NCBI GenBank assembly: GCA_045047305.1
Contig: JASFYO010000071.1
Coordinates: 1 to 17,364, forward strand
Direction of reading: 5' to 3'
Source: Planctomycetota bacterium
Lineage (GTDB): Bacteria; Planctomycetota; UBA1135
Length of the DNA: 17,364 bases
Shown piece after piece: positions 1 through 8,657 of the stretch (position 1 is its first letter; each line of letters starts with the position of its first letter). Both the position numbers and the translations under genes were made by a program. The notes under the pieces are model-generated. The model searched no databases. It worked only from the letters and a program-made list of their open reading frames with translations, and had not been told where the DNA came from.

Positions 1-477
1 AAGCCCGGAATTCTGTTCAAAGACATCACCCCCTTGTTGCAGGATGCCAAGGCCTTCGCCACCTGCATCGACGACCTCGCTGCCCTAGCGGGAGGGCTCG
101 ACGCCACCCACATCGCTGGTATAGAAGCGCGAGGATTTCTCTTCGGCGCCCCCCTAGCCATCAAGATGGGCCTAGGCTTTTTGCCCATCCGTAAGCCAGG
201 CAAACTGCCGTGGAAGACTTTTACCGAGTCTTATGACCTGGAATATGGTCAGGACACCCTCGAAATCCACACCGATGCCAGCGCCGCCGGTGAACGGGTG
301 CTTTTGATCGATGATTTGCTCGCCACGGGAGGCACGGCTGGTGCTTCGGTCAAGCTGGTTCGACGCACCGGTGCGGAAGTCGTCGGCTGCCTGTTCGTGA
401 TTGAACTGGGCTTTCTCGGCGGGCGCAAAATGCTGCATGGTTTGGAAACCCGCAGCCTGCTCGACCTCGCCGACTAG
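1..477 (+). CDS. apt: Adenine phosphoribosyltransferase (5'-partial)
   Basis: Frame 1 is open from base 1 and reads KPGILFKDITPLL, the APRT N-terminal motif. Also GIEARGF, RKPGKLP, YDLEYG and the PRPP-binding motif VLLIDDLLATGGT. Stop TAG 475-477. The true start lies upstream of the window. Confidence 0.97.
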   Translation, partial: KPGILFKDITPLLQDAKAFATCIDDLAALAGGLDATHIAGIEARGFLFGAPLAIKMGLGFLPIRKPGKLPWKTFTESYDLEYGQDTLEIHTDASAAGERVLLIDDLLATGGTAGASVKLVRRTGAEVVGCLFVIELGFLGGRKMLHGLETRSLLDLAD

Positions 478-517
478 TTCTTCCAAGCTAGGTGGCGAAA
501 GCAGCTTAGGCAGACAC

Positions 518-523
518 TAGAAT
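518..523 (+). promoter_or_regulatory. Putative sigma70 -10 box TAGAAT, 6 nt upstream of the fliA ATG (leaderless-type)
   Basis: TAGAAT-cggggc-ATG(530). 5/6 match to TATAAT, and no clear Shine-Dalgarno. Confidence 0.5.
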
Positions 524-529
524 CGGGGC

Positions 530-1315
530 ATGGTCGCTGAATCGTCCCCCGCCTCCACGGAAGAGGAACCCGTCCCAACCGAGGAGCTATGGCGGCTCTA
601 CAAGAAAAATGCGGATCTCGAGATTCGCAAAGAGCTAGTTCACCGCTATCAACCACTAGTACGCTTTTTGGCAGAGCATATGTCAATCAAGCTGCCACGC
701 TCGGTCGATGTCGATGATCTCATCCAAGAAGGCATGTTTGGCCTGATGGACGCGATTGAAAAGTTCGAGCCAGAACGCGGCTTCAAGTTCAAGACTTATT
801 GCAGTACGCGCGTGCGTGGTGCGATTCTGGATTCATTGCGTCATCAAGATTGGGTCCCGCGTCTTGCTCGTCAACGCGCGAATAAAATCATCAAGATGCG
901 TGAGGCTTTCCAGAACAAGGAGCATCGCGATCCAACCGACGAAGAAATCTCCGCCGAACTCGGCGTACCACTGAAGGATGTCGCCAAGTTGGCGCCACGT
1001 GCCATGCACAACCTGAGTGATCGTCGCGCCTCACCTACGATGGAAGGCGAAAGTCCAATGGATTCGCTCGGCGAGTCCGGCGAGGAAAACCCGCTTGATT
1101 TCGCTCATAGAAGCGATTTGGTGGCCGTTCTCACCAGCACTCTCAGCGAAAAGGAGCGTAGCATTTTGCACATGTACTACCTCGAAGGACTCACCCTTGC
1201 CGAGGTCGGTGCCAAGCTTTCGATTACTGAATCGCGAGTTTGCCAGATCCGTTCCAACGTGATTAAGCGTTTACGCCAACGGCTGGAAAAGGATCAAGAG
1301 CAGTTCCCGGCTTAA
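530..1315 (+). CDS. fliA: FliA/WhiG family RNA polymerase sigma factor (sigma-28 type)
   Basis: Region 2 DDLIQEGMFGLMDAIEKFEPERGFKFKTY..RVRGAILDSLR with the diagnostic DWVPR. Region 3 RDPTDEEISAELG. Region 4 LSEKER...YYLEGLTLAEVG..LSITESRVCQI. Confidence 0.93.
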   Translation: MVAESSPASTEEEPVPTEELWRLYKKNADLEIRKELVHRYQPLVRFLAEHMSIKLPRSVDVDDLIQEGMFGLMDAIEKFEPERGFKFKTYCSTRVRGAILDSLRHQDWVPRLARQRANKIIKMREAFQNKEHRDPTDEEISAELGVPLKDVAKLAPRAMHNLSDRRASPTMEGESPMDSLGESGEENPLDFAHRSDLVAVLTSTLSEKERSILHMYYLEGLTLAEVGAKLSITESRVCQIRSNVIKRLRQRLEKDQEQFPA

Positions 1316-1319
1316 ACTC

Positions 1320-2123
1320 TTGCACCCTTTCGATACCAACCGCCTAGACCGACAGCTGGTCGCGCGGCGTTGGTTGGCGCACGAAATTCGACTTTTAGAA
1401 TCGTGTCGCAGCAGCAATGAAGAGGCGAAAGCATGGCTTGAAGCAGGTACCGAGTTGCCCAGCAGCCTCTTTATCGCATGGGAACAAAGTGGCGGACGTG
1501 GACGTAGCGCCCGCGATTGGTGGTCCGGATCTGCGGGCGCCAATCTTGCCGTCACCCTGACTTATCGCGATGACCGTGTACGCCCAGAACTGCTTGGGCT
1601 TCTCGGCGCAGTGGCCATGGCGCAATGCGTGGGAAGCTGGATACACCAACCGGAGGCCGTCGCCATCAAGTGGCCGAACGACATCCTGCTCCACGGTGCC
1701 AAGCTGTGCGGCTTCCTTGGTGAGCAACCAGCATCCAGCCACGGCACAGTTGTGCTTGGATTCGGCTGCAATCTTGCCGCCGCTCCGCCCGCCGAGCTTG
1801 CACCTTACCCCACCACCTGCCTCGCCGATCACATGCCGGCGGACCTTTCCTGCCCTAGTATGGAAGAATTCTTGGTGCGCTGGCTGTGGAATTTTGAAAC
1901 GGGCCTACGCCGATTTGTGCTTCAAGGCCCCTCCCATTTCGAGCAGGCCTTCCTCGCCAAGCTAAAACGTTGGGCACCACACGGAGTTTCAGATCCGCGC
2001 GACGAACGGGCCGGGCCGCTGTTAGAATTCTCCGCTTCCAGGGGCCTACGCTGGGGATCGGAACCAGATTCGGATTTCCGCCCACTAGGCTGGATCCCAA
2101 CTCTGGAACCCTTGCAGCCATGA
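1320..2123 (+). CDS. birA: Biotin--[acetyl-CoA-carboxylase] ligase, catalytic domain only (group I, no N-terminal HTH)
   Basis: SSN (cf. STN), EQSGGRGRSARDWWS (cf. QxxGRGRxGRxWxS), IKWPNDI, KLCGFLGE (cf. KxxGILxE), LGFGCNL (cf. GIGIN). The TTG start is uncertain and the C-terminal domain is divergent. Confidence 0.85.
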   Translation: MHPFDTNRLDRQLVARRWLAHEIRLLESCRSSNEEAKAWLEAGTELPSSLFIAWEQSGGRGRSARDWWSGSAGANLAVTLTYRDDRVRPELLGLLGAVAMAQCVGSWIHQPEAVAIKWPNDILLHGAKLCGFLGEQPASSHGTVVLGFGCNLAAAPPAELAPYPTTCLADHMPADLSCPSMEEFLVRWLWNFETGLRRFVLQGPSHFEQAFLAKLKRWAPHGVSDPRDERAGPLLEFSASRGLRWGSEPDSDFRPLGWIPTLEPLQP

Positions 2124-2845
2124 CTCGCAACGACGGACGTACACCCGATCAACTCCGCCCACTGGAATTCCAGCGCGGCTTTCATTCCAACGCAGAAGGC
2201 TCGGTACTAGTTTGTGCCGGAAACACCAAAGTCTTATGCACCGTGTCGATTACCGACAGCGTCCCCTCCTGGCGCAAAGGTTCCGGCCAAGGTTGGCTCA
2301 CCGCAGAATACGCCATGCTTCCTGGTTCGGTAGTCGGACGCAAGCGGCGTGAGTTTCAAAAGCGTGATGGCCGTAGCGTTGAGATTCAGCGCCTGATCGG
2401 TCGTGCTTTACGCGCAGCCTTGGATATGCGCGGCTTCCCCAACAGCACCTTGAACATCGATTGCGATGTACTGCAGGCCGATGGCGGCACCCGCTGCGCT
2501 TCGATTTGCGGCGCGATGGTTGCAGTCCACGATGCGCTCAAAGTTTTAGATACACGCGGCAAGCTGCAATCGTGGCCGCTACGGCGTTGGATTGGTGCAG
2601 TCTCGGTTGGCCATGTCGGAGACAAGGTTCTGCTCGACCTGGATTACTCCGAGGATTCCACTGCCGATGTCGACATGAATGTCATCGCCACCGCCGACGG
2701 CCAATTAGTTGAGGTGCAGGGCACCGCAGAAGGAGAACCATTCGACCGCAGCACGCACGATGCACTGCTCGACATGGCGCTTTCTGGCACTGACCGCATC
2801 ATTGCACAGATGCAGGCACTGGTAGAAACCCCAGTCATCGCATGA
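2120..2845 (+). CDS. rph: Ribonuclease PH (241 aa)
   Basis: MTRNDGRTPDQLRP, AEGSVLV, GWLTAEYAMLP, RSVEIQRLIGRALRA, DCDVLQADGGTRCASI, LDLDYSEDSTADVDMNV, EVQGTAEGEPF. The ATG at 2120 overlaps the birA TGA (ATGA), so the track start at 1970 is too early. Confidence 0.97.
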   Translation: MTRNDGRTPDQLRPLEFQRGFHSNAEGSVLVCAGNTKVLCTVSITDSVPSWRKGSGQGWLTAEYAMLPGSVVGRKRREFQKRDGRSVEIQRLIGRALRAALDMRGFPNSTLNIDCDVLQADGGTRCASICGAMVAVHDALKVLDTRGKLQSWPLRRWIGAVSVGHVGDKVLLDLDYSEDSTADVDMNVIATADGQLVEVQGTAEGEPFDRSTHDALLDMALSGTDRIIAQMQALVETPVIA

Positions 2846-3981
2846 TTCTGGGGCGTCGCTGGAGTTGGCGCGGCAAGATCCTGCTGGTTCTTGGAGTAAG
2901 CCTTGGTGGCTTCCTTGGATTGGGGTGGTTCGCATTTGGATTGCGTCTGCCCCCACTGCAATGGGAACCAGCCGACCGCCCAACCCAGCAGGAAGCTTCC
3001 AGCGAGAACTTTTTCGTGGAGGCCGACGGAGCCTACTTTGTGCGCCAGGAGGGAGAGGCCATGGTATTCCGCGCTTTTGTGCCGGAGCCTACCTTGGTTG
3101 TGACCGCCAAAGAAAACACTACGGCGCAAGTCGTAGTGCAGAATCTATCGCCGAAGTTACTGCCCGGACCGATTGCCGCTACGTCCATCGAAGGCATCAC
3201 CCGCCACTACAACTTTAAGATTGCTCCCGGCAATGGCATGCTCATCATGCCGCGCTTTCCGACGGATCAAACTGAGTTTCGTTTTGCAGCACTTGGCGAT
3301 ACTGGTGGTGAGAAGGAATTACGCAGTGCGATCAACCGCATAGAAGAGCTCCATGTAGACTTCCTTATCCACCTCGGGGATATGGAGTATGAAAAAGGCG
3401 GCATCCGGCACGCTGCCAGCATTCTTAATCAGGCTAGTTTCCCCACTTACGCGGCCATCGGCAATCATGATTTCCACGACGGCCTGCGTTTAGTGCATCG
3501 TGATTTCACCGAGTTCATCGGCCCGCGCAACTCCAGCTTTCAGCTTGGTGGGGTGAAGTTCTTGAATCTAGATACTGCTGCGGATACTTATCCAGCCGAT
3601 GCTGGTCGTCGCGGCGCATTACTCAAAAGTCTTTTGTCAAAGGCAGACGAGCACTCCCGCAAGCGCACCTTAGTGGTATTTACCCATCGGCCACTGAATG
3701 ATCCGCGCCGCGGCAAAGAGGAAGATGGCCATGCGCTGGGCTCTCGATTCGAGCGTGATTGGCTTGCCGATACTTTTCAGAAGCTCGACGTGAACCTTTT
3801 ACTACATGGACATATCCACCAAAGCTATGCCTTCACCGAGCAGGGCATTCCCGCTTACATCGTGGGCAATGGGCTCAGCCTAAAGGAAGCCGATAGTAGC
3901 CGCGAAGTGCCGTCGTTATTAATCGGCGCATGGTCGACTCTGTTTCCGGCAGTTGCGTGCCACTGGGAAACCTTGGAGTAA
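2842..3981 (+). CDS. Membrane-anchored calcineurin-like metallophosphoesterase
   Basis: N-terminal basic stretch then a hydrophobic helix. Metal-binding motifs ALGDTG, HLGDM, IGNHD, FTHRP and HGHIH. ATGA overlap with rph. Confidence 0.88.
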   Translation: MILGRRWSWRGKILLVLGVSLGGFLGLGWFAFGLRLPPLQWEPADRPTQQEASSENFFVEADGAYFVRQEGEAMVFRAFVPEPTLVVTAKENTTAQVVVQNLSPKLLPGPIAATSIEGITRHYNFKIAPGNGMLIMPRFPTDQTEFRFAALGDTGGEKELRSAINRIEELHVDFLIHLGDMEYEKGGIRHAASILNQASFPTYAAIGNHDFHDGLRLVHRDFTEFIGPRNSSFQLGGVKFLNLDTAADTYPADAGRRGALLKSLLSKADEHSRKRTLVVFTHRPLNDPRRGKEEDGHALGSRFERDWLADTFQKLDVNLLLHGHIHQSYAFTEQGIPAYIVGNGLSLKEADSSREVPSLLIGAWSTLFPAVACHWETLE

Positions 3982-4019
3982 GCCTAAACCGGCTTAACCT
4001 TTAAGGAGTCTTAGGCTTA
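3979..4019. terminator. Inverted repeats at a convergent gene junction (possible bidirectional terminator hairpin)
   Basis: TAAGCC(3979-3984)/GGCTTA(3991-3996), and alternatively TAAGCCTAA(3979-3987)/TTAGGCTTA(4011-4019). No strong U-tract. Confidence 0.3.
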
Positions 4020-4453
4020 GTTATCTTCCAGCGTCGCAGCAGAAAAGTCGCCGCCCAACCGACAAGCGCAGGAAGCAAGTAAACGTAAAAGAGTCGTTCC
4101 TGTGGCCACATGCCATAGCGCAATGCCGCTGCTATTGCCCCAGCAAGCACAAAAACCCAAGCTTGATATTTATTGCCTGGCCAAATTTGGGCGGCTACAT
4201 AAATGCCGGCGTAAGCGCCAACAGCAGAAAGCAGTCCGTAAGAGATTCCATAAACGAAACGGATTGGAATCTCAGGCAACGCGTTGTAGAAGTAATCAGA
4301 AGCTCCCCAAAAAGGTGCTGAGTCAGGGAGTAAAACAGAACCGAAAAGTGCAAACATAGATGCATCGCCCAAAAGGAAACGCACACTTGCATGCACTGGC
4401 GTATCGCGACTGTTGTCGCTCAAAACTTTCCGTGCGTTTCTTCTCTTGCTCAA
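4001..4453 (-). CDS. Hypothetical integral membrane protein (3-4 TM)
   Basis: Several hydrophobic segments and a basic C-terminus. The TTG start overlaps the upstream TGA by 4 bp. Alternative ATG at 4357. Confidence 0.6.
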   Translation of the reverse strand: MSKRRNARKVLSDNSRDTPVHASVRFLLGDASMFALFGSVLLPDSAPFWGASDYFYNALPEIPIRFVYGISYGLLSAVGAYAGIYVAAQIWPGNKYQAWVFVLAGAIAAALRYGMWPQERLFYVYLLPALVGWAATFLLRRWKITKPKTP

Positions 4454-6012
4454 TTGACCAATAAGGGATTGGGATTACTCAGCGTGCCGGATCCAAGATC
4501 AAGCGCCTGACTCCATACAGTACGTCCGGCAATCGCTGCAGGTAGCGATTGTTGATGTTCGCCGAAACCATTCGCATCCAAAGTAATGCTGGCCAAGGTT
4601 TGGATTGGAGCCGTCATCGCGACATCGCCGTAAGCGGTTGGCGTTGGCCCCGCGCCGGCCAAGCTATAGCCGATCAGGGCAGAGCCAAAGGCAGTTCCGC
4701 CACGGATGCGGAAGGTTGCAGTGGAGGAAGGTCCCCAGTTCTCAACCGCCAGGTGCAATCCAAGCAGCGCGCCACTCACAACGTAAGCTGATCCAGATTT
4801 GAACCCGGCAAATCCTTCCTCAGGGGCACCGGCAACATAATCACCAAATCCATCCCCATTCACGTCGCCAAGACCAGCTACCGCTAGGCCTAAACGTCCA
4901 GTCGCAGAGGATGCGGTGAAGCGCTGGAGCTCTTGACCATCCGCGCCAGAAAAGACGCGCACCATACCGGTGTAGCCGCCAGAAGAGTAAAAACGATCCG
5001 AGCCGACTAAGAGGTCTGGAGTGCCATCGCCATCGACGTCGGGGGAGCCAGCCACCGAGCGCGCGAAGACTTCGGTTGGCTCGTAACCCTTGAGGACAAA
5101 GAGGGTGGTTCCGGTTGCGAGTGAAATGACATGTGCCGCACCGGTGCCCGGATCCTCAAATTGTGCACCGATGATGCACTCGCCAAATCCGTCGCCATCT
5201 AAATCCCCGACTGCAGCCACTCGTTCCCCAAAGCGGCTGTTGCCATGTGGACCGATCCATGTCTGCAGCAAAGCGCCGGTAGCCCCAGAGTAAAGGTAAG
5301 CCGCGCCAGTGTTGGAGCCAAAAGTCGCATTGCCTAACTCACCAATCAACTGGTCCGGAACGGAGTCGCCATCGACATCGCCAACCCCAGCAACACTGTG
5401 CCCAAAGTAACCGGAATCAAAGCTTCCCCCGATTCGACGTAATTCGGAGCCATCGGCGCCAGAATAAATGTAAGCCGCACCAGAGAAAGACTGGGCCCCG
5501 GTTTCTCCCCAGGCACCAATGAGAAGGTCATCGAAACCATCTCCATTGATGTCGCCCGCGCCGCTCACGGCATTACCCAAGTAAGCCGAGCTTGCTACGC
5601 CATCGAAGGTATAGAGCAATGTGCCTGTGGCTCCAGAATAGACTTTGGCCTGACCGGCGCTCGAGTTGGTCCAAATCGAACCAATGATGATGTCATTCAC
5701 GCCATCGTTGTCGACATCGCCAGCGTTCGCAACAGCTTCTGCATTGTTGAATCCAGACCAACTGTAAATCACCGAGCCATCGGCGCCGGAAAAAACAATC
5801 GCACTGGTGCTGCCAAAGGTGATGTACTGATCCCCTCCCATGACAAAGTCACTCACACCGTCGCCGTTGATATCGCCAAGGCTGGCGAGTGCTCCGCCAT
5901 TCCCATTCAAGGAGCTAAAGCCATCGACGCGATAAAGGGTTGCGCCGCTCTGGGCAAATAAAGATGGTGCCAAGATGGAGGCGGCCGCTGCTATCAGGAG
6001 GGATTTAAGCAT
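4450..6012 (-). CDS. Secreted FG-GAP repeat (integrin-alpha-like beta-propeller) protein with ~100-aa C-terminal domain
   Basis: Signal peptide MLKSLLIAAAASILAPSLFA|Q, placing the start at ATG 6012. Seven GD(I/V/L)(N/D)GDGxxDxxxG-type Ca-binding repeats, e.g. GDINGDGFDDLLIGA and GDVNGDGFGDYVAGAP. Confidence 0.92.
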   Translation of the reverse strand: MLKSLLIAAAASILAPSLFAQSGATLYRVDGFSSLNGNGGALASLGDINGDGVSDFVMGGDQYITFGSTSAIVFSGADGSVIYSWSGFNNAEAVANAGDVDNDGVNDIIIGSIWTNSSAGQAKVYSGATGTLLYTFDGVASSAYLGNAVSGAGDINGDGFDDLLIGAWGETGAQSFSGAAYIYSGADGSELRRIGGSFDSGYFGHSVAGVGDVDGDSVPDQLIGELGNATFGSNTGAAYLYSGATGALLQTWIGPHGNSRFGERVAAVGDLDGDGFGECIIGAQFEDPGTGAAHVISLATGTTLFVLKGYEPTEVFARSVAGSPDVDGDGTPDLLVGSDRFYSSGGYTGMVRVFSGADGQELQRFTASSATGRLGLAVAGLGDVNGDGFGDYVAGAPEEGFAGFKSGSAYVVSGALLGLHLAVENWGPSSTATFRIRGGTAFGSALIGYSLAGAGPTPTAYGDVAMTAPIQTLASITLDANGFGEHQQSLPAAIAGRTVWSQALDLGSGTLSNPNPLLVN

Positions 6013-6018
6013 GCCTCC

Positions 6019-6024
6019 AGGGTA
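6019..6024 (-). promoter_or_regulatory. Putative -10 box TACCCT, 6 nt upstream of the FG-GAP ATG
   Basis: The minus strand reads TACCCT-ggaggc-ATG(6012). The GGAGG is only 1 nt from the ATG, too close to act as a normal SD. Confidence 0.35.
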
Positions 6025-6042
6025 TCCCTCATCCAAATCTGG

Positions 6043-6279
6043 TCAATCCTTGCCGCGCATAAAGGGCGGAGGAGGCGGAACATAGGTGCTGGGGCGGAAA
6101 TCAAAGTTGGTTTCCCAGCACCCATCACAACTCCTAACCATGTCTGGCTCGCCGGTCTCCTCCAAGCACTCTGGAGCGATGGAATCCATCGTGGGGGGTC
6201 CAGGTAGTTCCTGTGCTGCCTTAGGCCCAGTGCACCCCACCACAAGAAGCGGGAAGAGCCAGAGGTGAGGACGTGCCAT
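6043..6279 (-). CDS. Small putative lipoprotein (78 aa) with CxxC and poly-Pro
   Basis: MARPHLWLFPLLVVG|C fits a lipoprotein signal and lipobox. The ORF fills the gap upstream of the FG-GAP gene on the same strand. Confidence 0.6.
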   Translation of the reverse strand: MARPHLWLFPLLVVGCTGPKAAQELPGPPTMDSIAPECLEETGEPDMVRSCDGCWETNFDFRPSTYVPPPPPFMRGKD

Positions 6280-6517
6280 GTTGGGATAACGAGGTTGCCC
6301 GAGCGAAGTTCATGCAAATTCTATCCCTGGCCTGGCTCCGGGAATCTGGGATGTAACTTAGCTGTTGCCAGGGTCCAGCGGGTGGATGCTGCGATGACTG
6401 GTGAACCAAAGCACACCCTCGGTTGAATCGAGGAAGAGAGAGAAAGCCGAACAAAAAGAAGCAAATAGTGCCAACAAACACCATCAAGATGCTGCGACTG
6501 CGAGAAGTTGAAAGCAT
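6221..6517 (-). CDS. Possible small membrane-anchored hypothetical protein (98 aa)
   Basis: From ATG 6517: MLSTSRSRS then hydrophobic ILMVFVGTICFFLFGFLSL. It fills an otherwise empty ~340-bp gap but overlaps the lipoprotein ORF by 59 bp. No recognisable family. Confidence 0.3.
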   Translation of the reverse strand: MLSTSRSRSILMVFVGTICFFLFGFLSLPRFNRGCALVHQSSQHPPAGPWQQLSYIPDSRSQARDRICMNFARATSLSQHGTSSPLALPASCGGVHWA

Positions 6518-6607
6518 GGGGCAAAAACGAGGAGCGCGAGCATGCCTAAGCTCCAATCTAACCATGCCTCAAGATATGCACTTGTATCAATCCGAGTTCC
6601 ACGCTAA

Positions 6608-7978
<1,371 letters not shown>

Positions 7979-7981
7979 GCT

Positions 7982-8653
7982 TTACTCGCGACCTTCCTCA
8001 TCTTCATCGTAGTAGTCGAGCTGATCGACCGGTACGACGAGGGAGGTAATCACGTTTAGCGCGTGAGCGACAATGCGCTTGTAATAGCGGTAAGTCAGTG
8101 CAGTAATCGCTGAGCTTCCGTCAGGATCGGCGCGCTTCACCATAGCTTCTGCCTGCTCATCGCAGTGCTTTGCGAGCGCATCTGCTTTCGCGATAAAGGC
8201 TCTCGCATCCTCAAGGTCCTCAGACTTGTAGATGTTTCGCGCTTTAGCAAGCAGGCGAGTGATCGAAGATTTGCACTCCAATAAATCGCTCATCGATTCG
8301 CTCGCGATCTTTGGCCCCATCATCGATAAATCAAAGATGTTCTTACAATAATCACCAATACGTTCCGCATCTTTGACGATACTCATCAACACCAAGTCGC
8401 TAGCGATGGCGCCAGTGCCGTGCATGGTGAGGTGCGTAACTACACGACGTCGAATGCGGCGCTCCAGTTTATTAATGCGCTTATCCGTCGCCCAAAGATC
8501 TTCCTTAACCAACTCTGGATTCGTCCCAGCAAGCAAGGTGTTGGACGCAGTTTCAAACATGTAACGGCCGTCTTCGAGCATCTGTTCGAAGTATTGGAGG
8601 ACTTCCTCGGCAGAAGTGACACTCGTTTGAATTCTTTTGAGCCAGTGAAACAT
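7982..8653 (-). CDS. Stand-alone PhoU-domain protein (phosphate transport regulator-like)
   Basis: Helical duplicated architecture with DKRINKLERRIRR, SIVKDAERIGDYCKNI (cf. DLERIGD) and a degenerate second copy RYYKRIVAHALNV. Starts 4 bp after the Na/Pi transporter stop. Confidence 0.85.
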   Translation of the reverse strand: MFHWLKRIQTSVTSAEEVLQYFEQMLEDGRYMFETASNTLLAGTNPELVKEDLWATDKRINKLERRIRRRVVTHLTMHGTGAIASDLVLMSIVKDAERIGDYCKNIFDLSMMGPKIASESMSDLLECKSSITRLLAKARNIYKSEDLEDARAFIAKADALAKHCDEQAEAMVKRADPDGSSAITALTYRYYKRIVAHALNVITSLVVPVDQLDYYDEDEEGRE

Positions 8654-8657
8654 GATT

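Noticed and set aside
485..507. AAGCT...GC-GAAA-GC-AGCTT hairpin with a GNRA loop upstream of fliA (riboswitch such as c-di-GMP?)
   Set aside because: The stem is short with a 5-nt bulge, the 52-bp gap is too small, no other aptamer elements are present, and it overlaps the likely promoter.
1970..2119. N-terminal extension of the rph ORF in the track
   Set aside because: It lies inside birA. RNase PH homology starts at ATG 2120, which has an ATGA overlap.
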